Below are positions 11,069 to 21,923 of a DNA stretch of 47,224 nucleotides, piece by piece (the stretch's first letter is position 1; each line of letters opens with the position of its first letter). The notes under the pieces were generated by a model. It was not told the origin of the DNA. It did not search any database and saw nothing but the letters and a program-made list of their open reading frames with translations. The stretch is from Flavobacteriaceae bacterium (lineage in GTDB: Bacteria; Bacteroidota; Bacteroidia; Flavobacteriales; Flavobacteriaceae): contig JAURBX010000001.1 of assembly GCA_030828745.1 (NCBI GenBank), positions 1-47,224 on the forward strand. Direction: 5' to 3'. A program made the position numbers and the translations under genes.

Positions 11069-11971
11069 ATGCAACAAATTAAAGTTTGGTTAAGTGCAGC
11101 TCGCTTAAGAACACTTCCCTTATCCATCTCTGGAATTTTAGTAGGAAATGCCCTATGCTTAAATCAGCCCAGCTTTTCGTGGATTTTGTTTGTGTTAATG
11201 CTGTTAACAGCAATTTCTTTTCAAATCATTTCCAATTTTGCAAATGACTATGGAGATGGGGTGAAAGGAACGGATAATGAAAATAGGATTGGACCCAAAC
11301 GAGTTCTTCAGCAAGGTCTTTTAAGCAAAGAAGTATTGAAAAACGGGATCATTGTGATGTCGGCAATAGCTCTTGTTTTAGCGTGTACCCTAATTTTTTT
11401 AGCATTTGGAAGTCAATCTTGGATCTACATAGTTGTGTTTTTTGCATTAAGTATTTTTAGTGTTTGGGCTGCTATATCCTATACAATAGGAGATAAAGCC
11501 TACGGCTACCGTGGCATGGGTGATCTTTTTGTCTTACTTTTTTTTGGTGGAGTCAGTGTCTTAGGATCTTATTTTGTTCAATTAAAAACACTATCTCTGC
11601 CTGTTTTTCTTTTGGCGCTGGCTATTGGACTTTTTTCTGTGTGTGTTTTAAATTTAAACAACATGAGAGATCGTGCAAATGACGCTGCGGTGGGAAAGAG
11701 AACTTTGGTAGTAATCTTGGGTTCAAAAGGTGCGAAACGATACCATCTTATTTTAATGGGTATAGCCATATTATTGATAGGAAGAGTTTTTCTTTTGGAA
11801 TCGTATACTTTGTTTTGGATTCCATTTATCGCCTTGATTCCCTTGATTTTTCATTTAAGAATAGTAATAAAAAATTCAGATCCTAAACAGTTAGATCCCG
11901 AATTAAAAAAAGTAGCGCTCTCTACTTTTCTATTGTCTTTACTCATTTTTATCACACTTTTTATCGGATGA
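11069..11971 (+). CDS. menA: 1,4-dihydroxy-2-naphthoate polyprenyltransferase
   Basis: UbiA-family membrane protein with NDYGDGVKGTD and NNMRDRAND Asp-rich motifs. Confidence 0.88.
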   Translation: MQQIKVWLSAARLRTLPLSISGILVGNALCLNQPSFSWILFVLMLLTAISFQIISNFANDYGDGVKGTDNENRIGPKRVLQQGLLSKEVLKNGIIVMSAIALVLACTLIFLAFGSQSWIYIVVFFALSIFSVWAAISYTIGDKAYGYRGMGDLFVLLFFGGVSVLGSYFVQLKTLSLPVFLLALAIGLFSVCVLNLNNMRDRANDAAVGKRTLVVILGSKGAKRYHLILMGIAILLIGRVFLLESYTLFWIPFIALIPLIFHLRIVIKNSDPKQLDPELKKVALSTFLLSLLIFITLFIG

Positions 11972-12999
11972 TGCAGGCTAAATTTGTCAAGCACATCTTA
12001 ACGTTTAAGCATCCTAGTGGTACTTCAAGGGGAATATTAACGACCAAGGACAGTTGGTTTCTAATTTTGACAGATCAAGGGAAACGAGGGATTGGAGAAT
12101 GTAGTATCTTGAGGGGATTAAGTCATGATGATCGTCCGGATTTTGAGGATACCCTTAAAGAATTTTGTGTCCAAATAAACAGAGGTCAGCCTCTCATGGA
12201 TTTAACGCAATGGCCAGCGATTAAAATAGGTTATGAGACAGCACTTTTATCCTTAAAAGCTTCAAACCCCTATGAATTATTTCCCTCACTTTTCTCACAA
12301 GGAAAAAAGGCTATTCCCATCAATGGTTTGGTGTGGATGGGCTCTTTTGATTTTATGAAAGAACAAATTGATAGCCTGTTAGCGCGTGATTTTGATTGTA
12401 TTAAAATAAAAATTGGTGCTATTGATTTTGATGAAGAATTACGCTTAATATCCCAACTCAGAAGCCGATATGATGAAAATACAATTACGATTAGAGTAGA
12501 TGCCAATGGGGCTTTTGCACCTGAGGATGCCTTAAATAAACTAAATCAATTAAGCGCTTTTCAAATTCATTCTATTGAGCAACCTATTGCAGTAAATCAA
12601 TGGGAATTAATGTCATCTTTGTGTCAAAAAAGTCCAATTCCTATTGCCTTGGATGAGGAGTTAATTGGCGTTTTTGATTCAGAAACTCAATCGAAATTGC
12701 TCTCTCAAATCCAACCCCAATACGTCATTTTTAAGCCTAGTTTATTAGGAGGTTTTTCTAACACTCAGCAATGGATCAACTTGGCTCAACAACATGATGT
12801 TGATTGGTGGGTAACGAGTGCATTGGAGAGTAATATTGGACTGAATGCCATTGCGCAATGGACATATACTCAAAATTTAACACTTCCTCAAGGCTTAGGA
12901 ACGGGCTCCTTATTTGTAAACAATATTGATTCCTCTTTGGTTATCAAAAAGGGTTGTTTGTGGAATGATAATTCTATACCTTGGAAAGAAATTTTTTAG
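11968..12999 (+). CDS. menC: o-succinylbenzoate synthase (enolase superfamily)
   Basis: KIKIG, RVDANG, IEQP and LDEEL metal-ligand/catalytic motifs. ATGA start/stop overlap with menA. Confidence 0.8.
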   Translation: MMQAKFVKHILTFKHPSGTSRGILTTKDSWFLILTDQGKRGIGECSILRGLSHDDRPDFEDTLKEFCVQINRGQPLMDLTQWPAIKIGYETALLSLKASNPYELFPSLFSQGKKAIPINGLVWMGSFDFMKEQIDSLLARDFDCIKIKIGAIDFDEELRLISQLRSRYDENTITIRVDANGAFAPEDALNKLNQLSAFQIHSIEQPIAVNQWELMSSLCQKSPIPIALDEELIGVFDSETQSKLLSQIQPQYVIFKPSLLGGFSNTQQWINLAQQHDVDWWVTSALESNIGLNAIAQWTYTQNLTLPQGLGTGSLFVNNIDSSLVIKKGCLWNDNSIPWKEIF

Positions 13000-13002
13000 A
13001 CT

Positions 13003-13905
13003 ATGTTTTTAGAACAAGTTGACTTCAGTAAGAATCCTTTTTGGAAGTACCTTCTCGGTTCTTTTGTCATTATTATTTTTAGTGTTATTGGTCAATTACC
13101 TCTAACCTATGCGGTCATTGAAGCGGGTCCCGTTACATCGAGTTCAGACCCGATGGAGATGCTGCGGTATTTAGATAAAAACCTTCAATTATTTTTATTG
13201 TTAATTCCCTTTGCTGTAGGATTTTTAGGATTTTGGCTCGTCATCAAAAAACTTAATGAGCGGACTTTGTTGAGTGTCACCACAAGCCGACCAAAAATGG
13301 ACTGGTCTCGAGTGTTTTATGCTTTTTTACTGTGGGGTTCTGCTAGTGTGCTTTTGATCATCAGCGATTACTTTATTTCACCCGATTCCTATGAATGGAA
13401 TTTTAATATTCAATCCTTTGCAATACTTTTTATCATTGCAATTGCCTTAATTCCTATTCAAACGAGCTTAGAGGAATATATTTTTAGGGGTTATTTGATG
13501 CAGGGTTTTGCTGGGATTTTCAAAAACCGTTGGGTACCCTTGGTAATGACTTCGATCATTTTTGGTTGCCTTCATTTATTCAATCCAGAGGTTGAAAAAC
13601 TAGGGTATGGCATCTTAGTTTATTATATCGGAACAGGTCTTTTTTTAGGAATATTAACATTAATGGATGATGGGATCGAATTGGCTCTGGGATTCCATGC
13701 CGCCAATAATTTGTTTACCGCTTTATTGGTTACTTCTTCCTGGACAGCCTTTCAAACAGAGTCTATTTTAATTGATATTTCTGAACCTTCTTTGGGCTTT
13801 GAGTTGGTTTTATCCTTTGTTGTACTCTATCCCACTTTTCTGTTTCTTGTAAGTAAAAAATATGGATGGACACAATGGAAATCCAAACTAACTTCAAAAA
13901 TTTAA
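13003..13905 (+). CDS. CPBP-family (CAAX/Abi) intramembrane glutamic metalloprotease
   Basis: Polytopic membrane protein with EEYIFRGY, FGCLHLFN and HAANN motifs. It sits between menC and menE with 3 nt and 2 nt spacers. Confidence 0.8.
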   Translation: MFLEQVDFSKNPFWKYLLGSFVIIIFSVIGQLPLTYAVIEAGPVTSSSDPMEMLRYLDKNLQLFLLLIPFAVGFLGFWLVIKKLNERTLLSVTTSRPKMDWSRVFYAFLLWGSASVLLIISDYFISPDSYEWNFNIQSFAILFIIAIALIPIQTSLEEYIFRGYLMQGFAGIFKNRWVPLVMTSIIFGCLHLFNPEVEKLGYGILVYYIGTGLFLGILTLMDDGIELALGFHAANNLFTALLVTSSWTAFQTESILIDISEPSLGFELVLSFVVLYPTFLFLVSKKYGWTQWKSKLTSKI

Positions 13906-13907
13906 AC

Positions 13908-14999
13908 ATGCAAACACCTCACTATACAAAAATTCACAATCGTTTTTTACTCAATGGTTTTTATTATAACCATGAGGGATTAAAAGAAGTCGCTTATAGT
14001 TTTATAAAAGAAGGGGATTTTTTTGAGCGTTTTATGGGAGATTTTTTAATGGACTGGTTGGATCAATCTGACTCTATATCTATAGAAACTTCAGGCACAA
14101 CGGCTTCACCCAAGAGAATGTTGTATAAAAAACAAGCCTTAGTCAATAGCGCCATTGCTACCGGAGATTTTTTCGATGTAACTGTGGGAGATAAAGCTTT
14201 ACATTGCCTTCCTGCTAATTTTATTGCAGGAAAAATGATGCTAATTCGAGCCATGATTTTGGGTTTTTCTTTAGACTTAGTTTCTCCCTCTAAGAATCCT
14301 TTTCATAAAAATGAGAAAGTCTATGATTTTGTCGCAATGACACCCATGCAAGCCTTTCATTCTTTATCGAATTTAAACCAAGTTAAAACCTTAATTGTAG
14401 GGGGAGCATATGTTTCTGTTGCTCTACAAAATGAGTTAATCAAGCGTAAGGTCAATGCTTTCGAAACTTATGGAATGACGGAAACACTGTCTCATATTGC
14501 TGTTCGTTCCATGCAAGATCCTCCCTCAGAATTCACCTGTCTTTCTCATGTATCTATTTCCCAGGATAACAGAAAATGTCTGGTGGTTAATTCTCCTCAG
14601 TTGGATGTGACAAATTTGATCACCAATGATGAGGTTGAAATGCTTGATGAAAACCTATTTCGTTTAATAGGAAGAGTAGATTATGTCATCAACTCAGGGG
14701 GAGTGAAATTACATCCAGAACAAATTGAACGCAAACTCTCTGAGATTTTATCACTGCACTACTTCATTACTAGCTTACCCGATACTGTTTTGGGACAAAA
14801 AGTAGTTTTAGTTTTAGTTGAGAACAATGATTTAGACAGTGCTAATTTGATAAAAAAAATAAAGGAGACAGATACACTAACTCCTTATGAAATCCCCAAA
14901 GCAATTGTTTTCTATCCTGAATTTGTTCTTACTCATAGTGGAAAAATAAAGCGTGAAAAAACATTAGCTCAAAAGCCTTTACGTATTTTAGACTTGTAA
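13908..14999 (+). CDS. menE: o-succinylbenzoate-CoA ligase (short AMP-binding enzyme)
   Basis: TSGTTASPK and YGMTET adenylation motifs with a terminal HSGKIKR lysine. I chose ATG 13908, 2 nt after the CPBP stop, over the overlapping upstream ATG 13866. Confidence 0.75.
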   Translation: MQTPHYTKIHNRFLLNGFYYNHEGLKEVAYSFIKEGDFFERFMGDFLMDWLDQSDSISIETSGTTASPKRMLYKKQALVNSAIATGDFFDVTVGDKALHCLPANFIAGKMMLIRAMILGFSLDLVSPSKNPFHKNEKVYDFVAMTPMQAFHSLSNLNQVKTLIVGGAYVSVALQNELIKRKVNAFETYGMTETLSHIAVRSMQDPPSEFTCLSHVSISQDNRKCLVVNSPQLDVTNLITNDEVEMLDENLFRLIGRVDYVINSGGVKLHPEQIERKLSEILSLHYFITSLPDTVLGQKVVLVLVENNDLDSANLIKKIKETDTLTPYEIPKAIVFYPEFVLTHSGKIKREKTLAQKPLRILDL

Positions 15000-16616
15000 A
15001 ATTCCCATATTGAATTTTTCTTCATTAAGAGCGTGATTGGCGATGTCTATACCCATACTGATCCAAGAACGTGTTTCTTGGGGTTGAATGACTGCATCAA
15101 TCCATAATTGAGACGCAGCGTGAAGGATATCTGTTTTTTCTTCATAGCGTTTTAGAATTTTCTCTCGTAATTTTTTTTCTTTCACTTCGTCAATAGGTGT
15201 ACCTGATTTTTTGGCTGAAGCTTTTTCAATTTGCAATAATACATTGGCTGCTTGTGATCCACCCATTACAGCAAGTTTGGCTGTTGGCCAGGCTAACATC
15301 AAACGAGGGTCATAGGCTTTTCCACACATGGCATAATTTCCAGCCCCAAATGAGTTTCCAGTTACGATAGTGAATTTAGGAACGACAGAATTTGCAACCG
15401 CATTCACCATTTTTGCTCCATCTTTTATAATTCCTCCATGTTCAGCTTTACTTCCTACCATGAAACCAGTAACATCTTGAAGGAAAACAAGAGGAATATT
15501 TCTCTGGTTACAATTTGCTATAAATCGTGTGGCTTTTGCTGCAGCATCTCCGTAAATAACACCGCCAAATTGCATTTCACCTGTTTTACTTTTTACCACT
15601 TTACGTTGGTTAGCAATTATTCCTACTGACCAGCCTTCAATTTTGGCATAGGTGGTAATCAGGGTTTGACCATATTCTTTCTTATATTCATCCATCGAAC
15701 CATCATCTACAATACGTTCTAGAATATCGAAGGTATCATACGGTTGTGTTCTGGATTTAGGAAGTACATTGTAAAGCGAAAGAGAATCAAATTTGGGCTT
15801 TTTCACCTCTGAACGCTGAAAACCAGCATTGGGTTGGCTTCCGGTTTTTTCCATCAAGCTTTTGATTTTTTTGAGTGCTGCTTGATCGTCTTTAACTTTA
15901 TAATCAGTTACTCCGCTAATTCCGCTGTGGGTATCCGCACCTCCCAGAGATTCGTTATCTATATTTTCGCCTATAGCAGCTTTGACCAAGTAACTTCCCG
16001 CAAGAAAAATACTTCCTGTTTTTTCAACAATAATTGCCTCATCCGACATGATGGGTAAATATGCACCCCCTGCAACACAACTTCCCATAATTGCAGCAAT
16101 TTGAATAATGCCCATACTACTCATTTTGGCATTATTTCTAAAAATGCGTCCAAAATCATCTTTATCAGCGAAAATTTGATCCTGTAGGGGTAGAAAGATT
16201 CCTGCGCTATCTACCAAATAGATGATGGGAATCTTATTCTCCATGGCGATTTCTTGTGCACGTAAATTCTTTTTTGCTGTCATAGGAAACCATGCCCCTG
16301 CTTTTACTGTAGCATCATTAGCAACAATAACACATCTTTTTTTTGCTACATGTGCAATTACAACTACTACACCCGCAGAAGGACATCCGCCATGCTCTTC
16401 GTACATTCTTTCAGCAGCCAAAACGCCTACCTCAAAAACCTCATTGGGCTTGTCAACTAAAAGATTGATTCGTTCTCGTGCTGAAAGCTTCCCTTGCTCG
16501 TTTAACTTTTTTAAACGCGTTTTTCCACCCCCCAATTTTATTCTACGAATTCGTTCTTGAAGTTCGGCCCAAGCCATTTTCAATGCATCTTTGTTAATTT
16601 CGTCTTCCAGATTCAT
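14988..16616 (-). CDS. Acyl-CoA carboxylase carboxyltransferase (beta) subunit, methylcrotonyl/propionyl-CoA carboxylase type
   Basis: 542 aa two-domain carboxyltransferase (GGGKTRLKKLNEQGKLSARERI..., GGAYLP, GNSFGAGNYAMCG). Convergent 12 nt overlap with menE. Confidence 0.85.
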   Translation of the reverse strand: MNLEDEINKDALKMAWAELQERIRRIKLGGGKTRLKKLNEQGKLSARERINLLVDKPNEVFEVGVLAAERMYEEHGGCPSAGVVVVIAHVAKKRCVIVANDATVKAGAWFPMTAKKNLRAQEIAMENKIPIIYLVDSAGIFLPLQDQIFADKDDFGRIFRNNAKMSSMGIIQIAAIMGSCVAGGAYLPIMSDEAIIVEKTGSIFLAGSYLVKAAIGENIDNESLGGADTHSGISGVTDYKVKDDQAALKKIKSLMEKTGSQPNAGFQRSEVKKPKFDSLSLYNVLPKSRTQPYDTFDILERIVDDGSMDEYKKEYGQTLITTYAKIEGWSVGIIANQRKVVKSKTGEMQFGGVIYGDAAAKATRFIANCNQRNIPLVFLQDVTGFMVGSKAEHGGIIKDGAKMVNAVANSVVPKFTIVTGNSFGAGNYAMCGKAYDPRLMLAWPTAKLAVMGGSQAANVLLQIEKASAKKSGTPIDEVKEKKLREKILKRYEEKTDILHAASQLWIDAVIQPQETRSWISMGIDIANHALNEEKFNMGILQV

Positions 16617-16706
16617 ATTCTTTCTGTATGAGTTACGAAAGTACTAAAAATCTATAGGTAACATTTTAAATTTTTGTTCGATATTTGCTTATTCAGAAAA
16701 AATCAA

Positions 16707-16886
16707 ATGAGCTTAAACAAGAATAAAATAATGGGATATGTTGCACTAATAATGGCCATTCTTGGTAGTGCACTAATCTTAATAGGAGTGTTGAAATATC
16801 CAGAATATGCTATTGGATTTTCAATTGCTGGAATTGGATTTTATGCCTTAGCATGGGCTTTTAACGCCCTGAGAGGCCGTATATAG
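16707..16886 (+). CDS. Small two-TM membrane protein (59 aa), hypothetical
   Basis: ATG ORF with two hydrophobic helices. Its stop is 2 nt before ettA. Confidence 0.4.
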   Translation: MSLNKNKIMGYVALIMAILGSALILIGVLKYPEYAIGFSIAGIGFYALAWAFNALRGRI

Positions 16887-16888
16887 TT

Positions 16889-18583
16889 ATGTCAGACGAT
16901 AAGAAAGTCATTTTTTCAATGACAGGGGTAAGTAAAACTTACACCAATGCAAATCAGCCCGTTTTAAAAAACATTTACCTCAGTTTTTTTTATGGGGCTA
17001 AAATTGGGATTTTAGGACTCAATGGTTCCGGAAAATCGACTTTACTTAAAATTATAGCGGGTTTAGATAAGAGTTTTCAGGGCGATGTTGTTTTTTCTCA
17101 AGATTATTCCGTGGGTTATTTGGAGCAAGAACCTCAAATGGATGAGGATAAAACGGTTTTAGAGATAGTCAAAGAAGGCGCTGCGGCTACCGTTGCAATA
17201 TTGGAAGAATACAATAGTATTAACGATCAATTTGGTTTGCCTGAAGTCTATGAGAATGCAGATAAAATGCAGAAACTTATGGATCGTCAAGCGATTTTAC
17301 AGGATGAAATTGATGCCGCCAATGCGTGGGAATTGGATACGCAATTGGAGATTGCAATGGATGCACTTCGTACTCCCCCTGGGGATCAAAAAATCAGTGT
17401 TCTTTCAGGAGGAGAACGCAGACGTGTAGCTTTGTGTAGGTTGTTATTGCAAAAACCCGATGTTTTATTGTTGGATGAACCTACCAACCATTTAGATGCA
17501 GAATCTGTTCATTGGTTAGAACATCATTTAGCACAATACCAAGGTACCGTCATTGCTGTAACTCACGACCGTTATTTTTTAGATAATGTAGCGGGTTGGA
17601 TATTAGAATTGGATCGGGGTGAAGGGATTCCCTGGAAAGGAAATTACTCTTCCTGGTTGGATCAAAAATCCAAACGTCTAGCCCAAGAGCAAAAGCAGGC
17701 ATCCAAGAGACAGAAAACATTAGAACGGGAATTAGAATGGGTTCGGATGGCTCCAAAAGGACGCCAATCCAAGCAAAAAGCACGTTTATCGAATTACGAC
17801 AAGTTGATGAGTCAAGATCAGAAACAAGCCGATGAAAAATTAGAGATTTTTATTCCCAACGGTCCTCGTTTGGGAACCAACGTAATCGAGGCTTCTCATG
17901 TTGCAAAATCTTTTGGAGATAAATTACTTTATGATGATTTGAATTTTACTTTACCCCAAGCAGGTATCGTTGGAGTCATTGGACCCAATGGAGCTGGAAA
18001 GTCAACAGTTTTTAGGATGATCATGGGAGAACAGTCTGCAGATGGCGGAAGTTTTAAAGTAGGGGAGACTGTAAAATTAGCTTATGTAGATCAGTCTCAT
18101 TCCAATATTAATCCTGAAAAAAGTATATGGCAAAATTTCAGTGACGAACAAGAATTGATCATGTTGGGAGGTCGCCAGGTTAACTCCAGAGCTTTTTTAA
18201 GTCGTTTTAATTTTAGTGGTAGCGAACAAAATAAAAAAGTTTCTGCACTTTCTGGAGGTGAACGAAATCGATTGCATTTGGCAATGACCTTAAAAGAAGA
18301 GGGGAATGTTCTCCTATTAGATGAACCTACAAATGATTTGGATGTTAACACTCTTCGTGCTTTAGAGGAAGGACTTGAGAACTTTGCAGGTTGTGCCGTA
18401 GTCATTTCGCACGACCGTTGGTTCTTAGATCGAATTTGTACTCATATATTGGCATTTGAGGGAGATTCTCAAGTATACTTCTTTGAAGGGTCCTATTCTG
18501 ATTATGAGGAAAACAAAAAGAAACGTTTAGGTCAAGATTTGATGCCAAAACGTATTCAATATCGCAAGTTAACTCGAAACTAA
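16889..18583 (+). CDS. ettA: Energy-dependent translational throttle protein EttA (ABC-F ATPase)
   Basis: Two ABC cassettes (GLNGSGKST/LSGGERRR and GPNGAGKST/LSGGERNR) and no TM domain. The ~560 aa length is typical of EttA. Confidence 0.9.
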   Translation: MSDDKKVIFSMTGVSKTYTNANQPVLKNIYLSFFYGAKIGILGLNGSGKSTLLKIIAGLDKSFQGDVVFSQDYSVGYLEQEPQMDEDKTVLEIVKEGAAATVAILEEYNSINDQFGLPEVYENADKMQKLMDRQAILQDEIDAANAWELDTQLEIAMDALRTPPGDQKISVLSGGERRRVALCRLLLQKPDVLLLDEPTNHLDAESVHWLEHHLAQYQGTVIAVTHDRYFLDNVAGWILELDRGEGIPWKGNYSSWLDQKSKRLAQEQKQASKRQKTLERELEWVRMAPKGRQSKQKARLSNYDKLMSQDQKQADEKLEIFIPNGPRLGTNVIEASHVAKSFGDKLLYDDLNFTLPQAGIVGVIGPNGAGKSTVFRMIMGEQSADGGSFKVGETVKLAYVDQSHSNINPEKSIWQNFSDEQELIMLGGRQVNSRAFLSRFNFSGSEQNKKVSALSGGERNRLHLAMTLKEEGNVLLLDEPTNDLDVNTLRALEEGLENFAGCAVVISHDRWFLDRICTHILAFEGDSQVYFFEGSYSDYEENKKKRLGQDLMPKRIQYRKLTRN

Positions 18584-18613
18584 TACAATCTCATTTTAGT
18601 CCAGGGCTTGTTC

Positions 18614-19861
18614 TTATTCCCATTGAAGCGAATTTTTTCTAAAGCCCATTGAGGCAATCAATCCCAAAAGAGGGAATAAGGTGAAGAATGAAAACAATTG
18701 TTGGTATTCAATGACAGTTGGGTTTTTTCCTAATATGTATCCTGTAAAGAGTGACATAAAGATATCGGGAGTGAAGCCAATGATAGAAATGATACCAACC
18801 AAGGTTCCCGTAAGTTGAATGGGTGTTTTTATTTCTTCTAAAAGAGCAAAGTACAAACCTCTTAAGGAATAGGTTCCCAAGGCTATTAAAATAAAAAGGC
18901 AAAAAGAAATTATTAAATAATTTTTTTCTAAGCCCCCGAATCCAATTAAAAAGGAAGCAATTGCCATACTTATAAAGCAAGGTATTATTACTTTTGAAGG
19001 GGTAAATCGATCCCCAATCCAACCGATAAGAACTACAGTGATCGGGCGTGTAAACTGAATTAAAACTGCAAAATAGGTAGCGTTTTCAATACTAAAGCCC
19101 CAAACATCTTTTGCGTAAATACCAAAAACTCCCGTGAGTTTATACCCACTATAGGCTGATAAAATCAACAAGGAATAAAAGATTATTTTTGGTTTTTTCA
19201 ATAAGGCAAATGCTAGTTTGTAGTTAAATGGGGTGCTTTTGTTTTTTGAATCTACACGCTGTTTGGGTAGTGTGAACCAAACCAAAAAGCCGATTAGAAG
19301 TACGATGGAAGTAATAGTTGTTAAGATATATTGTAACGTATTTTTTTTATCTGTATGGGTTATCTCAACGGCTTCCTCTGGGAAAAAATAGCTCAATATC
19401 GCAGCACCCGTTAAGGCAATGCAAGCAGCAAACAGCCCCCTACCCCCATCAAGTAAGCCAAAGGATAAACCTTGGTTATTTTGGTTTCCCCATTGTCTAG
19501 TGGCTTTGATTAAGGCAGACCAAAACAAAAAGATGGTAGACACCCCCCAGAGTGCATACAGTATTTTAAAGGCAGCAACTGAGGGTATTGAGACCATTAC
19601 TATGCCTCCTATACTAGTAAGAAGTAATGAGACGGATAATAACTTTCTTGCCTCCCATTTATCAGCGATAAAGCCTCCGAAAAAATAAGAGAGTAGGGCA
19701 GTAAGTCCGTAAAGCGCTTGAGCTTCTCCAATTTCTAAGTCAGAAATCCTAAAGACGTCACGTATAATCGGTTTGAATACACGCATCACTATAAAAGGCA
19801 ATAAAAAAATAGCTTCCCCTGCAATAATTAAAGCAGCCATGGAAGTGAATTTAGATTTCAC
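18614..19861 (-). CDS. MFS transporter
   Basis: About 12 predicted TM helices, 415 aa. The start may be GTG 19861 or ATG 19840. Confidence 0.7.
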   Translation of the reverse strand: MKSKFTSMAALIIAGEAIFLLPFIVMRVFKPIIRDVFRISDLEIGEAQALYGLTALLSYFFGGFIADKWEARKLLSVSLLLTSIGGIVMVSIPSVAAFKILYALWGVSTIFLFWSALIKATRQWGNQNNQGLSFGLLDGGRGLFAACIALTGAAILSYFFPEEAVEITHTDKKNTLQYILTTITSIVLLIGFLVWFTLPKQRVDSKNKSTPFNYKLAFALLKKPKIIFYSLLILSAYSGYKLTGVFGIYAKDVWGFSIENATYFAVLIQFTRPITVVLIGWIGDRFTPSKVIIPCFISMAIASFLIGFGGLEKNYLIISFCLFILIALGTYSLRGLYFALLEEIKTPIQLTGTLVGIISIIGFTPDIFMSLFTGYILGKNPTVIEYQQLFSFFTLFPLLGLIASMGFRKNSLQWE

Positions 19862-19915
19862 TTGATCAATATAGTGTTTTTAAAAAGAAAGTGGAAACAC
19901 TACTTGATTGTTGAC

Positions 19916-20386
19916 TTATTTTAAGTCTAACTCCATTTTAATATTTCCTCGTGCATATTTAATATCGGGATCAACAGGGACTTCAATAAATCCATATTTA
20001 CGATACAAATGAATGGAATTTTCTAGAATAGTACTAGAGTATAAGATCAGTTTGTCCCAATGGTGCTGTTCTGCGAAACGAATAACAAATTGAACGATTT
20101 TATTTCCGTAGCCTTTTCCACGCTCTTTGGGAGTAATGGCCATTTTACTGAATTCAAAAACACCATTTCCTTTCTTAAGGAAGGCAAAAGTGCCAATGGT
20201 TTTTCCCTTTAGGGCTACCATAAAAATAAAACCTCCGGGCTGAATAATCTCTTCTACTGGGTTGGTCAGTACTAATTCGTCATAAGGTTCTACAACAAAA
20301 AAAGTTTCCAACCATTCTATATTAAGTGTTTTAAATTCATTTGAATATTGAGATTCAAAAGGAATAAATTGTAATGTATCATTCAT
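19916..20386 (-). CDS. GNAT-family N-acetyltransferase
   Basis: Acetyl-CoA-binding motif [10 protein letters not shown], 156 aa. 8 nt overlap with the fumC stop. Confidence 0.75.
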   Translation of the reverse strand: MNDTLQFIPFESQYSNEFKTLNIEWLETFFVVEPYDELVLTNPVEEIIQPGGFIFMVALKGKTIGTFAFLKKGNGVFEFSKMAITPKERGKGYGNKIVQFVIRFAEQHHWDKLILYSSTILENSIHLYRKYGFIEVPVDPDIKYARGNIKMELDLK

Positions 20387-21773
20387 TCCCTGTCATTTCA
20401 TTTGGACGCACCCAAGCGTCAAATTCTTCAGAAGTTAAATAACCTAGAGCCATACTTGCTTCTTTAAGAGTTGTTCCTTCTTTATGCGCTTTATTTGCAA
20501 TTTCAGCAGCTTTATAGTACCCTATTTTCGTATTTAAAGCAGTAACTAACATTAAGGAATTTTGAACCAGCTCATCAATACGTTTGTGATTAGGTTCAAT
20601 TCCTTGGGCACAATTTTCAGTAAAACTCACACAGGCGTCCCCTATTAATTGAGCAGATTGTAAACAATTTGCTGCCATGACAGGTTTGAATACATTGAGT
20701 TCATAATGTCCTTGAGTTCCGGCTACGGTTATTGCAACATCATTTCCCATTACTTGTGCGCAAACCATGGTTAGGGCTTCACATTGTGTTGGATTTACTT
20801 TTCCAGGCATTATAGAACTTCCGGGTTCATTGGCGGGAATTATGAGTTCACCGATTCCAGATCTAGGTCCTGAAGCCATCATTCGAATATCATTTGCAAT
20901 TTTGTTGAGAGAAACCGCCAATTGTTTCAAGGCACCATGCGTTTCAACAATAGCATCGTGTGCGGCTAGCGCTTCAAATTTATTAGGGGCTGTAATAAAA
21001 GGAAGTCCTGTGAATTCAGCGATATACTGAGCTACTTTTTCGGAATATCCTTTTGGAGTATTAATACCGGTTCCAACCGCAGTGCCTCCCAAAGCCATTT
21101 CAGACAAATGTTCTAGTGTGTTTTTTAAGGCTTTGATCCCGTGGTCTAATTGGGAAACATAGCCTGAAAACTCCTGACCTAAGGTTAGGGGAGTGGCATC
21201 CATTAAATGGGTACGACCTATTTTTACTACGGATTGAAAGTTTTTTGCCTTTTGATCTAGGGTGTCACGTAACTGTGTAATTCCTGGAAGTGTGGTTTCA
21301 GCAATTTTTTTATAGACCGCAATATGCATACCCGTAGGGAAGGTGTCATTTGAAGATTGGGATTTATTGACATCGTCATTTGGAGCTAAGGTTTTACCTC
21401 CATCTCCAAGTGTATTTCCCGCCAAAACATGGGCTCGGTTGGCAATTACTTCATTGACATTCATATTACTTTGCGTACCCGATCCCGTTTGCCAAATGAC
21501 TAATGGAAATTGATCTGAGAGTGCACCAGTAAGAATCTCATCACATACTTGTGCAATTTGATCTCTTTTCTCTACGCTAAGCACACCTAAATCGTGGTTC
21601 GTGTAAGCAGCAGCTTTCTTCAAAAAGGCAAAGCCATGGATAATTTCAATGGGCATCGAGGCTGGAGCCCCAATTTTAAAATTACTTCTAGAGCGTTCTG
21701 TTTGTGGTCCCCAATATACATGCTTAGGTACTTTTACTTCTCCGATAGTGTCTTTTTCGATACGGTATTCCAT
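20379..21773 (-). CDS. fumC: Class II fumarate hydratase
   Basis: Signature [16 protein letters not shown], 464 aa. Confidence 0.97.
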   Translation of the reverse strand: MEYRIEKDTIGEVKVPKHVYWGPQTERSRSNFKIGAPASMPIEIIHGFAFLKKAAAYTNHDLGVLSVEKRDQIAQVCDEILTGALSDQFPLVIWQTGSGTQSNMNVNEVIANRAHVLAGNTLGDGGKTLAPNDDVNKSQSSNDTFPTGMHIAVYKKIAETTLPGITQLRDTLDQKAKNFQSVVKIGRTHLMDATPLTLGQEFSGYVSQLDHGIKALKNTLEHLSEMALGGTAVGTGINTPKGYSEKVAQYIAEFTGLPFITAPNKFEALAAHDAIVETHGALKQLAVSLNKIANDIRMMASGPRSGIGELIIPANEPGSSIMPGKVNPTQCEALTMVCAQVMGNDVAITVAGTQGHYELNVFKPVMAANCLQSAQLIGDACVSFTENCAQGIEPNHKRIDELVQNSLMLVTALNTKIGYYKAAEIANKAHKEGTTLKEASMALGYLTSEEFDAWVRPNEMTGNE

Positions 21774-21897
21774 GGATTCTATTTTGAATTGTAAAAATAC
21801 TCGATTTAGTAGAAATCGTTTTTATAAGTTTCAATTATTTTGTGAATAAGCTCGATGAAATTTATTGAACGGGGGTGATGTCATTCAAAAAAATATG

Positions 21898-21905
21898 TAT
21901 TTTTG
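21898..21905 (+). promoter_or_regulatory. Candidate -7 box TATTTTTG (TAnnTTTG)
   Basis: Exact motif match 19 nt upstream of ATG 21924. Confidence 0.3.
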
Positions 21906-21923
21906 TATCTCAAAACAGAAATT

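Noticed and set aside
19862-19915. Imperfect hairpin (AGTGTTT...AAACACT) between the GNAT gene and the MFS transporter as a terminator
   Set aside because: The stem is interrupted, the loop is 15 nt, and no U-tract follows on the transcribed strand.
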